IMG/VR virus record: IMGVR_UViG_3300014202_001521
Span: 130,931 to 194,930 of that record
Length of the DNA stretch: 64,000 bases
Direction: 5' to 3' (one strand)
From: a virus
In this document: in pieces, positions 1 through 9,450 of the stretch
Layout: each line of letters opens with the position of its first letter
How positions within the stretch are numbered: position 1 is the stretch's first letter
Notes under the pieces: model-generated
The model's input: the letters and a program-made list of their open reading frames with translations, nothing else
The model's database searches: none
What the model was told of the DNA's origin: nothing
Program-made: the position numbers and the translations under genes

Positions 1-42
1 ATGGTGGGATTCTGATATCTGTCTTTTAATGCTGCCACTTAT

Positions 43-267
43 TTACCCCTTATCATGAGCTTTCCTGCTGTTGATATATTTAGTGACAAATCTGGCAATC
101 TCATCAAGTTTAGCATCATGTTCTTTCAGTTGATCCTTACTCTCTTTCTTTTGAAGCCAGAAGTTCTTTAGACTTGCCTTTTTCTCGGCATATTGAAGTA
201 ATTTGTTAATCGTGGTTAAGTCCCAATGCAAGTGATATGCTAACATAAACCTAAGTTCAATTAGCAT
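43..267 (-). CDS. small protein, N-terminus resembles the upstream gp51-like ORF
   Basis: ATG at 267 directly after the stop of ORF 269..424. FMLAYHLHW resembles FFFLYHLHV of the neighbour. Also has KNFWL. Confidence 0.6.
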   Translation of the reverse strand: MLIELRFMLAYHLHWDLTTINKLLQYAEKKASLKNFWLQKKESKDQLKEHDAKLDEIARFVTKYINSRKAHDKG

Positions 268-268
268 A

Positions 269-424
269 TCACTTTCCGCGTTTCGCCTTCTCGATATATT
301 CATTTTCTTTTTCTTTCTGATCTATGAATTTCTTTATTAAGTATTTACGCTCGTTAATAGGATATTGTAGAAATTCAGGACGCCCAACATGAAGATGGTA
401 CAAGAAGAAGAATTGTTCATCCAT
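269..424 (-). CDS. T4 gp51-like baseplate/tail assembly protein, probably also the C-terminal part of a -1 frameshift fusion
   Basis: Not in the ORF track (51 aa): MDEQFFFLYHLHVGRPEFLQYPINERKYLIKKFIDQKEKENEYIEKAKRGK. TAATG overlap with the upstream stop. Pattern F-x-L-x-YH...P-x-x-ER...E-x-E. Confidence 0.7.
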   Translation of the reverse strand: MDEQFFFLYHLHVGRPEFLQYPINERKYLIKKFIDQKEKENEYIEKAKRGK

Positions 425-1515
425 TAAGTAGTACCAGAATCCGAGTCCGTCGTCATCGGTTCCTTCTTTTTCTTGTGCCGTGGGAAGAAAAAACCCGCTT
501 CAAGTGGTAGCTCAACCTCAAAATCATGATAACACAGCGAGCAAGTAATTCCACACTTCGTATCAACGCCAAATGGTGGATCAAGAGCTAAACCTCTTAA
601 ATAACTAACGTCTTGAATCGGCAGCTTCTTAAGAAGGATCATTAACTCAGTCTTATCTTTGACGCCTTCAATATTCTCTACCATCAACGCAATTCTGTAT
701 AACAGACTGTCATCTACACTCGCGTCATTGTATTCCTTAACTCGCTTTTCTCTGTATTCTGTTACCAAATTCTCATCTTTGCCCTTTGGCAGATGCCAAG
801 TGAAATTAAGACCAGATTTCGGCAGTACGTCTGTTAAAGGAGCCGCAAAATCAGGTGGACAATAATCAACCATCAATTGATCCAAACGGATTGTGTGGGA
901 GAATTTCTTGTCACAGTCTGGACATTTAATTTCTACTTCATATTCATGACCATAAGAAATGCTTCGTAATGCAATAAGGAGATAGGTTCTGTCTACAGAA
1001 AGAAGCTCGTCAGGCTTGATTGTTTCTCTAATACATCGCTGGAATATCATGTTGATAGCTGCACCCTTCTTGATGTAGCGAGGCGTAGCTAGAATTTGTT
1101 CTTCTTCGCCAGTCATGGGGCGAAGATGGAGAACGCCGTCCTGTGGAGCGTCATTACCATTGTAGAATACACCCAATGATGGAAGTTTAATTTCATCATA
1201 TGTGTAAGCCCCTGGTCGTAACTGCGCAAGCAATTCCTCTAGCTGTGGACTACCTACAGGACGTGGCCTGCCTTGTGGTCTTTGTGGTTGCGGCTGCGGC
1301 TGCTGTTGCTTCTTTCTTGGCTGTGGCTCAGTCTCTTCTTCCGCTCCTAAGTCAGCGAATGGGTCTTTCTGAGAAGCTAGCTTTGCTTCTACTGATTCAG
1401 CCTGCTTTTCTTGCTTCATTTGCTTCATTGCTTCATAAAATTGTGGTGGGGCTTTGCCCATGAATTTGATTGCATTATCATTAACCTGATCCTGACGAAT
1501 AATTTCTTCCGACAT
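424..1515 (-). CDS. T4 gp26-like baseplate hub/tail assembly chaperone with a Q/P-rich N-terminal extension
   Basis: LPSLG...LRPMTGEEEQIL, DRTYLLIALRSISYG, CPDC and CSLC pairs, C-terminal GFFFP. Confidence 0.75.
   Translation of the reverse strand: MSEEIIRQDQVNDNAIKFMGKAPPQFYEAMKQMKQEKQAESVEAKLASQKDPFADLGAEEETEPQPRKKQQQPQPQPQRPQGRPRPVGSPQLEELLAQLRPGAYTYDEIKLPSLGVFYNGNDAPQDGVLHLRPMTGEEEQILATPRYIKKGAAINMIFQRCIRETIKPDELLSVDRTYLLIALRSISYGHEYEVEIKCPDCDKKFSHTIRLDQLMVDYCPPDFAAPLTDVLPKSGLNFTWHLPKGKDENLVTEYREKRVKEYNDASVDDSLLYRIALMVENIEGVKDKTELMILLKKLPIQDVSYLRGLALDPPFGVDTKCGITCSLCYHDFEVELPLEAGFFFPRHKKKKEPMTTDSDSGTT
487..496 (-). other. putative programmed -1 frameshift slippery site (G GGT TTT TTC)
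   Basis: In-frame X XXY YYZ heptamers G GGT TTT and T TTT TTC. The -1 frame has a TGA at 500-502, then stays open into ORF 269..424. Confidence 0.7.
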
Positions 1516-1538
1516 AATTTCTCCTTTAACTTAAATAA

Positions 1539-1916
1539 TTGAGTATGATTACAATAAATATTAGAAACATAGAAGAGTTAATATTAAAGAATTTAGAAGC
1601 TAAAGCTTTATTCCCCGATTTGCGACCGTTGTTCGATCAATGGGCATTTAGCTACCGTTTTTCCGCTCTATCCGCCATTCGAAAACAAGCTGTCTTAGAT
1701 TTGTTAAACTCTCTCAATGGCCCGCATGTAGAGAAACTAGCGAGGTTGTTTGGTGATATGGTTTTTATCGAAAAACTAGACCACCATATTGTGAGGAATA
1801 TAAATTTCCCTACTGATAGCGATGCCATCGAGAGAGAATTGACAAATCATTCCAGTTATACTAATATTGCTTTGAGTAGAAGTGCGGACAAAGTTTATAT
1901 AACCATGTGGAGATGA
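1539..1916 (+). CDS. hypothetical protein
   Basis: 125-aa ORF, first of an overlapping + strand cluster. ATG at 1545 is an alternative start. Confidence 0.7.
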   Translation: MSMITINIRNIEELILKNLEAKALFPDLRPLFDQWAFSYRFSALSAIRKQAVLDLLNSLNGPHVEKLARLFGDMVFIEKLDHHIVRNINFPTDSDAIERELTNHSSYTNIALSRSADKVYITMWR

Positions 1917-2242
1917 TTTTTATGGAAATTCTTTTGTTTATTTTGGGCGTCATAGGAATGACGCATATCATTGTTGATGCATCTATTTTTCAGTGGCTGC
2001 GTAACGCTATTGACAAGTATCTGCCTGAAAAGGTAGCCGCTGGCATCCATTGCTATCAATGCACTGGCTTCTGGTGTGGCTTGTTCTGTGGTTGGATCAT
2101 GCTTTCTGATAGTCCTTTGAAAATGTTCGTCGCTGGTTGTGCTGGTAGTGTACTTGCTAACTTTGCAGCACTATATATGAATTACTTGGAAGCGAGAACG
2201 ATAATATCATTACCAGACATTAAGGAGGAAGATGGCAAGTAA
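1907..2242 (+). CDS. DUF1360-like small membrane protein with a CxxC motif
   Basis: Hydrophobic helices, DASIFQWLR, CYQCTGFW. Confidence 0.6.
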   Translation: MEMIFMEILLFILGVIGMTHIIVDASIFQWLRNAIDKYLPEKVAAGIHCYQCTGFWCGLFCGWIMLSDSPLKMFVAGCAGSVLANFAALYMNYLEARTIISLPDIKEEDGK

Positions 2243-2540
2243 ATATTACAGACTGCATTGCGAGATATGTGGATACAACACGATCACTGATGGAACCAAT
2301 ATGAATTTAGTTGAGTACAAACGTTCCAAGGTGCAGAAAGAAATACCGAGACTAGACCCAGCTACAAACAAGACAATTCCTTCGACATGGTTGACATTGC
2401 CAAAGAAGTATAAGTGCCCCAAATGCGGCAGATTAATCTCTGCTAGGAAGTTTAAGGAACCAGAAATTGAAGATAAAGCCAAAAATAATGATGACCAAAA
2501 TCTCGATCCAAGAAGTCAAGGAGGCTTTGAGAGACTCTAA
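2232..2540 (+). CDS. zinc-ribbon protein
   Basis: CEICG and CPKCG pairs. SD GAGGA upstream. Confidence 0.7.
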   Translation: MASKYYRLHCEICGYNTITDGTNMNLVEYKRSKVQKEIPRLDPATNKTIPSTWLTLPKKYKCPKCGRLISARKFKEPEIEDKAKNNDDQNLDPRSQGGFERL

Positions 2541-2862
2541 GTTTAGACTCTCTTTGCCACCTGAATTAAAAGACGATATCAGGAAGTATGAACAAAACCC
2601 AAATTGCCCATGCAACTTGGACGTTTATCGTAATATCCTGAAACTCGGTGCCAAGCAACTCAAAGAGTATTATCCCGACAAGGAGGTGGTTAATCCTGAT
2701 ACGGAGTTGCCACCTTTGCAGGAAAATTACTGGACTGTCATCAATTGTCCAGTAACCGAAATTGAAGCTCATTTGAAGAAAGCAGGACCAGGCCGCAAAC
2801 AAGTTTTCGTTGCACGCTACGAAGATCAAGCAACCGTTATTATCAATGACCTAGACGTTTGA
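2488..2862 (+). CDS. hypothetical protein
   Basis: ORF with NCPCN motif, overlapping the previous gene. Confidence 0.65.
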   Translation: MMTKISIQEVKEALRDSKFRLSLPPELKDDIRKYEQNPNCPCNLDVYRNILKLGAKQLKEYYPDKEVVNPDTELPPLQENYWTVINCPVTEIEAHLKKAGPGRKQVFVARYEDQATVIINDLDV

Positions 2863-3789
2863 TCGGTATGTTTCAGCACTTGTTAGAGCCTTTTTGCATT
2901 TCGTAATCATTTCATTGGGGTAGGCGTCATATTTGGATATATGCATGGGCCACAGGTCCAGATTCAGCCGTCTACTGCCCAAGATTATTGCATTTTCGTA
3001 AAAGGCGATAGCATCCTCAAGTTTCTCCGCTTTTACGAAAATGTCTCCTAATAGACACCAGAACTCAGCCATTAAAGGATTTTCCGAAAGACAGAGTATT
3101 ATGTTCTTGATAGCTTCATTTGTATTGTTTTCAACCACACCCTGGACCAATGCCAAATAATAGCGAGCTAATACACTTGGTATGTCCGCTTTACTAACAT
3201 TGAAAAGATATTGTGCCATAATCCTTTTGAAATCCATGAAGTTCTTATCAGCCAATGCATTAAAAGCTTTATAATATGATGCATCTACAGACAGCGGCAT
3301 AGCCCTTTTCCATGCTTCCAGTTTCTTTATAATTGTTGGATCGTCCACCTTGTTTTGATATAACATTACGTCTACGATCTTAGTCGGGTCTATATTTGGT
3401 TTCTCAAATATTGGATTCTTAAAAATCACTTTATTACTTTTTTTGTTCCAAAGTCTAGGTTCTTTCAGGATAACATCGTCTTGCAGGATTTGAAAACCAT
3501 ATATTTCTTTGTCTGTAATGAACAGGTTGGTTAGATTTTCGTTGAAGCTAAGCATAGTTTCGTTGTCTTTGAGGTATAAAATCCAGTCTGTTTGAGCAAT
3601 GTCTTGTAATTGGTTCAATGCATCGCTATAATTGTTACTCTTAAGCTCTATGACCGAAGTAATCTTGGAATCTGTTTGCAAGGGATGGTAAGTCCCTAAA
3701 AGGATTTGCTGTGGTTGGAGCGACAGCACTGACTTTAGCGTGTTAGTCGTGCTGGTCTTGTTTATCATGATTATTGTGAATGGGAGCAT
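2851..3789 (-). CDS. TPR protein with a degenerate glycosyltransferase-like N-terminus
   Basis: TDWILYLKDNE resembles the GT2 WIL.LDADE motif with DxD lost. TPR-like AEFWCLLGDIF...AIAFYENA. Confidence 0.6.
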   Translation of the reverse strand: MLPFTIIMINKTSTTNTLKSVLSLQPQQILLGTYHPLQTDSKITSVIELKSNNYSDALNQLQDIAQTDWILYLKDNETMLSFNENLTNLFITDKEIYGFQILQDDVILKEPRLWNKKSNKVIFKNPIFEKPNIDPTKIVDVMLYQNKVDDPTIIKKLEAWKRAMPLSVDASYYKAFNALADKNFMDFKRIMAQYLFNVSKADIPSVLARYYLALVQGVVENNTNEAIKNIILCLSENPLMAEFWCLLGDIFVKAEKLEDAIAFYENAIILGSRRLNLDLWPMHISKYDAYPNEMITKCKKALTSAETYRSNV

Positions 3790-3928
3790 ATTTTTTCTCA
3801 AGTAAATGAGCGAACGCTTCAGCAAGTTGCGGCATATTATTTTGGGCGAAATATGCTCTTAATTCATCGTAATTTTTAGAAGACTTAGGGTTTTCTACTA
3901 TTTTATATAAGATTTGAATTATCTGCAT
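3743..3928 (-). CDS. hypothetical protein
   Basis: 61-aa ORF overlapping the next gene. Confidence 0.55.
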   Translation of the reverse strand: MQIIQILYKIVENPKSSKNYDELRAYFAQNNMPQLAEAFAHLLEKKYAPIHNNHDKQDQHD

Positions 3929-3935
3929 AGGCTAA

Positions 3936-4820
3936 GTGAGTAAAATTATGAAAGAAGATATTGCACCCATTCGTGGCGATGACATGATCGGCCAAATCGC
4001 TTGGGAAGGTAGCGAAAAGAAAAAACCCTGGCATTACAGGGTTACTGCCGCGATACCTGTATTAGATACCTACGAAATTCTTGAAATTTGTCTAGAACTA
4101 CTAAAACTACAAACTGAAAAACCTTATATCATGGTAATCGACACGGGCAGCCGTGGCGAACAACTGGAGAAGATGAGAAAGCTGCAAGCGTCAAACATAG
4201 AAGTCCACTTCCTACAACTGAATGGCGTTCACCACCCGTCTGATTTCCCCGCAATGGCAATGGAAGTAGCATTTGCCGTTTGCAGAACAGAGTTCATTTT
4301 TGCTACTCATGCAGACTGCTTCCTTCGTAAAAGAACATTTTTGGCTGAGATGATGGAGATGACACAAAAAGTCTCACCTGTGGTTGGCTATGAAATGTCT
4401 CCGAGGGCACACAGCGATTGGGTTGGTATGGTTTCACACACTGCATCCATGTATCACATGCCGACAATGGACAAGATTAACTTCGGTTGGAGTCTACGCA
4501 AATTATGCAATATGTATAATATCAGAGATTATAAGCCTAATCCAATGCGCCCGAACTGGCCAGACACTGAGATTCTAGGAAATTACGTTCTGCGACACAA
4601 CAAAATCAAACCACACCTTATTGGCTCTGAAAAAAACTTCACAAGACAAGTTGACGATAATATTGACCACATAAGAAGCTACACTTCTGGCAAGCTCTAT
4701 AGTCCACCGTATTTTGAACAGGCACAGGAATGGCTGCAAGAGGCAAAAGAAGAAGCACTTGAAAGAATAGATGAATGGCGAATAGAAGATTATAAAAATT
4801 CTTTGGAACAGTTTACATAA
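3936..4820 (+). CDS. glycosyltransferase family 2 (GT-A fold)
   Basis: AAIPV, IMVIDTGS, ATHADC. Confidence 0.75.
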   Translation: MSKIMKEDIAPIRGDDMIGQIAWEGSEKKKPWHYRVTAAIPVLDTYEILEICLELLKLQTEKPYIMVIDTGSRGEQLEKMRKLQASNIEVHFLQLNGVHHPSDFPAMAMEVAFAVCRTEFIFATHADCFLRKRTFLAEMMEMTQKVSPVVGYEMSPRAHSDWVGMVSHTASMYHMPTMDKINFGWSLRKLCNMYNIRDYKPNPMRPNWPDTEILGNYVLRHNKIKPHLIGSEKNFTRQVDDNIDHIRSYTSGKLYSPPYFEQAQEWLQEAKEEALERIDEWRIEDYKNSLEQFT

Positions 4821-4844
4821 ATAGATTTCTAATAAAGGAGTGCT

Positions 4845-5381
4845 TTGAGTACGGAGTATTTAAACAATAAGATTTTTGAGGAAGTAATCGCCAGATTTCA
4901 ACAGTCCAAGAGGGAAAAAAGCAAATACGAGATTTGTATAGAAGATTTGAAGGGTGCGATTGACCGTGGTAACGATTGTGTGGATTTCATTTTGCGACTT
5001 GATAGGTTCGCAAACATGCACAAAAATGCCAGTTTGCTGTTTGTGGAAACACAACAACAACTAGCAATCGCGTTCTTGACGTTATCAGAAAATATAGTCA
5101 GATATGCAAAATTCAATTTAATTGACATAGATGACGCCATTCAGGAAGGGGTAATGATTTGTTTTGAGAAGATTGATCGCTTTGATCCACTGAAGGGCAA
5201 AGCGTTCAATTATATGACTACCTGCATACTTAATCACTATCGACAACTCTATCGAACCGCCAGAAATTATAATGAACTAAAGAAAAAATACCATGACTTC
5301 TTACAAAGCCAAGTGGAGAAGGTTTTGTTAAGACACAAACCACAAAATCCTAATAATTATGTTGTAAAAGGGCAATCTTAG
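4845..5381 (+). CDS. phage late sigma factor (T4 gp55-like, region 2 only)
   Basis: YLNNK N-terminus. DDAIQEGVMICFEKIDRFDP..GKAFNYMTTCI. SD AAGGAG before the TTG start. Confidence 0.8.
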   Translation: MSTEYLNNKIFEEVIARFQQSKREKSKYEICIEDLKGAIDRGNDCVDFILRLDRFANMHKNASLLFVETQQQLAIAFLTLSENIVRYAKFNLIDIDDAIQEGVMICFEKIDRFDPLKGKAFNYMTTCILNHYRQLYRTARNYNELKKKYHDFLQSQVEKVLLRHKPQNPNNYVVKGQS

Positions 5382-5398
5382 TAATATAATTCTAAACT

Positions 5399-5632
5399 AT
5401 GAGTAAAAATCTGACGGAAGTTTTAGAGCAACAGGAAGTTATTCAAAAACTTATTGATAAGGGTCACGGCCCATTAATTGATGCCCTCTTGATGAATGAA
5501 TCAAAGGTTTATACAAAAAAGGGCAGACTCAATAAGAGCGGAGCATGTCGCGTACTAGGATGGAAAACCAAACAACTAGAAGACGCTATTGAAGAATGCC
5601 GCTGCATCTTTCCAGACCTCTTTGAAGGTTAA
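5399..5632 (+). CDS. small putative HTH protein
   Basis: NKSGACRVLGWKTKQL resembles a Fis-type HTH. Confidence 0.55.
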   Translation: MSKNLTEVLEQQEVIQKLIDKGHGPLIDALLMNESKVYTKKGRLNKSGACRVLGWKTKQLEDAIEECRCIFPDLFEG

Positions 5633-6333
5633 ATTATCATCATAAAATCAGGCGTGTTAGGGTCAATCGCATTGAAGGTATTAGGTGATAAAAACGTCAT
5701 GCTAACTATAGGCCCACCGCCCTGATTTGGCGTACAATTTGGTGGATCAGTACAACTTACACAGGCTGTTGTTGTATACAGAGCATGATCCCCCGTTGGG
5801 TACGTCTGAAATGCCCTATCATATCTCAATGAAAAATCAACAGTAACGTATTCGTTACTATTCATGTCTAAGTCACCCCAATCAATGTTCTGCGGGTAAC
5901 AATGTTCCAATGTCCAACTTTCTAGGATGTTGCCGCAACCATCAAGTAAGACCAAGCTACAACATGCTTTGAACGATAATGGATCAATGCACGGATACCA
6001 GGCACTACAACCAGTTGGCGTTGGATCATACTGCTGTTTTAACCACGAAAATATAGGATTTTGAGCTGCAATGCAACGATCATATAGTGATATAGGAATT
6101 GGTTGCCATTCTGGTTTACTTGGATAGGAAATTGTTTCATTCAAGTGTTCAGCTTGCATTTCTCTGAAGTTAAGCTTAGGACGAGAAGCTTTGAAGCAAG
6201 GTAGAGCAGCGTTATTACCAAGAGTAATGTTTTCAATATTAAACAGCCATCGGAACTTTCTTTTTATAGTTCCAACGCTTCCAGTGCCGCCCCACTCAGG
6301 ACGGAAAAACCCCATAGGTACAGTACAAGCCAT
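5629..6333 (-). CDS. tail tube protein (T4 gp19-like), paralog 2
   Basis: KRKFRW, KASRP, W.PI.I..YD, LLDGCGN.LESW.L..CYP..IDWGDLD, LRYDRA. Confidence 0.85.
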   Translation of the reverse strand: MACTVPMGFFRPEWGGTGSVGTIKRKFRWLFNIENITLGNNAALPCFKASRPKLNFREMQAEHLNETISYPSKPEWQPIPISLYDRCIAAQNPIFSWLKQQYDPTPTGCSAWYPCIDPLSFKACCSLVLLDGCGNILESWTLEHCYPQNIDWGDLDMNSNEYVTVDFSLRYDRAFQTYPTGDHALYTTTACVSCTDPPNCTPNQGGGPIVSMTFLSPNTFNAIDPNTPDFMMII

Positions 6334-6351
6334 AAATCCCCTTAACTATAT

Positions 6352-6386
6352 AAAAAAAGAGGGGTTAAAAACCCCTCTTTTTTTTT
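6352..6386. terminator. bidirectional intrinsic terminator
   Basis: A7-GAGGGGTT-AA-AACCCCTC-T run. Confidence 0.8.
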
Positions 6387-6400
6387 CATTTTTATTTTGT

Positions 6401-7108
6401 TTACCCTTGCACAACTGGACATGGACCGCATGGGCACTTCTCGAATGGCTGCTCTGGACAGTAAGACTTGTAACTTACTTCACTATAACGCAATGTAAGT
6501 TCAACAGTACACTCTTCAGAACTTGACATATCCAAATCGCCCCAATTGACTGACTGAGGCCAAACGTGACGTAGTATCCAACCTTCAAGAGGATTACCGC
6601 AACCGTCCCACAAGACAAGTCTAGCAATGCCTTCATACTGCTCAGGCACACTGTTCATTTGCAAACAGATCGGGTCTTGGAAATCATAAATTGTTGCTAT
6701 CCAAGCTAAAACAGAAGTTGTGTTCAAACCCGCGTTAGTTGCACCAGCAACATCATAATATGTTACTGTCATTGTCTGCCATGTGCCCTTACCAGGAATA
6801 AACATCTTGCCGTTCAAATAGTTAATTTCGACTTCTTCGAAATCAATCTGTGGACGGGCACCTATCTTGACGAACTCCTTAGCTACACTCTTCGAAGCTA
6901 TAGGATTTCCCTGTTCGTCTACCGCATTACAGCAATATTCAATTTCAAAAGTCCAACGAAACTTCCTTTTGAAAATAACTTTACCGTTGCCTAACGATCC
7001 AAGACCCATTGCTAAACGCTGTGGGTTTCCGTCTAGGTCTAGATCGCAAGTTTCCAAGTCTCTAATACCGCCGAAAAAAGTGTTATCTAGATTTAAATTG
7101 CAGGCCAT
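6401..7108 (-). CDS. tail tube protein (T4 gp19-like), paralog 1
   Basis: KRKFRW, ARPQI.FEE.EINYLN, PGK.TW..MTVTYYD, WPQSVNWGDLD, LTLRY. Strong SD AAGGAG. Confidence 0.88.
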   Translation of the reverse strand: MACNLNLDNTFFGGIRDLETCDLDLDGNPQRLAMGLGSLGNGKVIFKRKFRWTFEIEYCCNAVDEQGNPIASKSVAKEFVKIGARPQIDFEEVEINYLNGKMFIPGKGTWQTMTVTYYDVAGATNAGLNTTSVLAWIATIYDFQDPICLQMNSVPEQYEGIARLVLWDGCGNPLEGWILRHVWPQSVNWGDLDMSSSEECTVELTLRYSEVSYKSYCPEQPFEKCPCGPCPVVQG

Positions 7109-7136
7109 TCTACTTCTCCTTAAATTTATTTATTCT

Positions 7137-8375
7137 CTACTTTGTAAATTTGAAACATATATTTACAAATTCGACACTATCCTTAATTGTCAATTCTATA
7201 TCAACCTCAAACTCTTCGGGTTTACAAAATTCATTCACGCGGATTACATAGTTATTAATCCCCTGATCGTCCTTTATCGGTTGAAGTATATATTCACTGC
7301 ATTCGATAAAATTATTCCTAAAGTTATTACTCACAGGATTATGCGCACTTAATAGCTCTCTGCCAAGCTTACTTATCTTGTTCTTGATATAGCCTAACAA
7401 TCGTCTATCGGATAGTTTACTTCCACCAAGCGTCAAAACTTTAGTGTCTAAAATTAAAGAATCATTCTTTTTATTTGCGATATTAATAAAATGCTCTTTC
7501 TTAGACAAATAAACCAACTCGTCATGATGAATGCTAAATGCAGCATCAGAGACACCCGCCAGCTTCGTCCTGACTGGATTCCAAACGAACGGCCAACTGA
7601 GAATTGCGGTAAGAACTGGACCCGATGGGGGCACACTCTTCTTGTCATAATTCATCCAAGGCCAAAACATAACGCCTTGGTCCGAAGGCACTAACTCTTT
7701 ACACCATTTGTAAGTCTGAAGAAGATCACATTCCCAAGGCGGATCAATTGCCAGCATTACATCTGGTCTTTCTTCTTCCAAATACTGTAAAACTTCGTTA
7801 ATTACCCCCGTAGAGTCACAATCTGGAATTGAAATAAACTCAATGTCACTGTCTTCCGTTGACTTGACAGCATTAAGAATTGCTCCTATACGTTTTTCCG
7901 CCTTTTGTTTGGGCGCAAAACGTAAATCAACCTTACAGGCTGTTGGCAAATTGGACTTTTTAACCGATAAGACAATCCACTTTGATGCTAAATTGACCGT
8001 ATCTTCAGCTTCATGAGGAGTTAAATTGCCCCAAAATTCCACCATCTCGCCATTATTCATGACAAGAAGATTGAATTTATCCGCTTCCCTTGTAACTTCG
8101 ACTATCGTTGAATTGCCACTAACACCTGGAGAATCAGCCTGAATAGTCATGCAAATTGTATCATTATCGTCTAGCAAGTAGGCGGAAGCCGTAGGCACGT
8201 CTTCTTCTACTCTGACTACCACTGGACTAAAATCACCAAACAGCAGTTGTTCCGCTACTGTTGTTAGCTTTGATTTCTTTCCAAAATTTGTATGTAAATC
8301 CTTTACACTTTCTATTTTTGTAGGCGTATTGAACAAACCTTTCCCTGCATAGCCTATTATTGCTGCTAATCTCAT
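7137..8375 (-). CDS. short, divergent tail-sheath-like protein (gp18-like)
   Basis: AIIGYA.KG..NTPT.I.S..DL...FG, A.SPG..GN, IDPP, F/W-PW, VPPSG, RRLL.YI. Directly upstream of the tube genes. Confidence 0.7.
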   Translation of the reverse strand: MRLAAIIGYAGKGLFNTPTKIESVKDLHTNFGKKSKLTTVAEQLLFGDFSPVVVRVEEDVPTASAYLLDDNDTICMTIQADSPGVSGNSTIVEVTREADKFNLLVMNNGEMVEFWGNLTPHEAEDTVNLASKWIVLSVKKSNLPTACKVDLRFAPKQKAEKRIGAILNAVKSTEDSDIEFISIPDCDSTGVINEVLQYLEEERPDVMLAIDPPWECDLLQTYKWCKELVPSDQGVMFWPWMNYDKKSVPPSGPVLTAILSWPFVWNPVRTKLAGVSDAAFSIHHDELVYLSKKEHFINIANKKNDSLILDTKVLTLGGSKLSDRRLLGYIKNKISKLGRELLSAHNPVSNNFRNNFIECSEYILQPIKDDQGINNYVIRVNEFCKPEEFEVDIELTIKDSVEFVNICFKFTK

Positions 8376-8377
8376 AA

Positions 8378-9424
8378 TTATTTCTTCATTGATTCTTCTA
8401 GTTCCATTACACTCTTCTTAAGCTCCTCAATAGAATCCTTGATTTCATCATCACTCATGGTCCCTGCCATGAAGTTAGGTCTTTCTATAGGTGCCGCTGG
8501 GTCACGCTCATCACAAATGCGATTCGGCAATTCTTTGAGTCTATAAATAGGTTGAGCGATATAACTTTTAGCTGTCATATTGAATTGATACTTCAAAACT
8601 CTGACCTTAGCATCACCAGGCTCAAGATCAATATTGTTCTGAGTGCTGTCTAATGTAACAATAACCTCCCACCATATGCCTTTTACCTGTAAGTATGCAA
8701 CTGGTGAGAATTTTTGGAACGCCTGCTCTAATATCTGATTCATGTCCTCTTCGTATAGAGTCCACATATACAATGTATAACTGATATTGACTGGAATGCC
8801 TCTAGTAACACCAAAGAACGTGTCTTTATAGTATTTCTCTTGCTTCCAAAACCCGACAACATCATCTGGTGCTAACCACGGCAATAACGAATAAGCCTTC
8901 TGATAAGTAAAACGACTCTGATCGAACTGCATCCCAGCATTCCAAATCGCTATAATCGGAAGCCTAATGCGATCAACAACCAATGAATTGTCCTTGCGGA
9001 CGTTATCCTGAAGAATTGCCGCTACCGCCTTCTCCTGACTAGCCCATATAATCGGCACCGTATGCTGTTTGCCCTGCTCATCAAGCACCATGACATTCCT
9101 AAACATATCCAACATAGCTTCATCACAAGCGCGTATCGACCTGGAATAACGGTAAATCACTTCCCGATTGGGCGTATCCAGGTCATTAATAATCTGGCCA
9201 GTTTGAATTGGGTCACATAGCCAATGTTGGCCTAAACCAAGCTTGTTGAAGGTTTTCCGTTTGTACCAGTCCTTCGGCGGCTGAATAGGAACTCGTTTTT
9301 GCGATGGCCAACCATCATCACAACATTGTGGTGGAACAGGGTCTATGTTTACTGAGTTCTTGTTGTCACGCGGATTGCAGTCCACTAATGACTTCTCAGC
9401 ATTTACATCCTTCATATTTGTCAT
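8378..9424 (-). CDS. tail terminator/sheath stabilizer (T4 gp15-like)
   Basis: VPIIWASQEK, IRLPII, P.NISY.L..WT.Y.EDMNQILEQ...F.P. Confidence 0.75.
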   Translation of the reverse strand: MTNMKDVNAEKSLVDCNPRDNKNSVNIDPVPPQCCDDGWPSQKRVPIQPPKDWYKRKTFNKLGLGQHWLCDPIQTGQIINDLDTPNREVIYRYSRSIRACDEAMLDMFRNVMVLDEQGKQHTVPIIWASQEKAVAAILQDNVRKDNSLVVDRIRLPIIAIWNAGMQFDQSRFTYQKAYSLLPWLAPDDVVGFWKQEKYYKDTFFGVTRGIPVNISYTLYMWTLYEEDMNQILEQAFQKFSPVAYLQVKGIWWEVIVTLDSTQNNIDLEPGDAKVRVLKYQFNMTAKSYIAQPIYRLKELPNRICDERDPAAPIERPNFMAGTMSDDEIKDSIEELKKSVMELEESMKK

Positions 9425-9450
9425 AATTGTATCTCCAATAACTATTTAAG

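Noticed and set aside
5629-9424. Bacterial contractile injection system (eCIS/tailocin) instead of a phage
   Set aside because: Head-joining neck genes, a late sigma factor and typical phage accessory genes indicate a phage genome.
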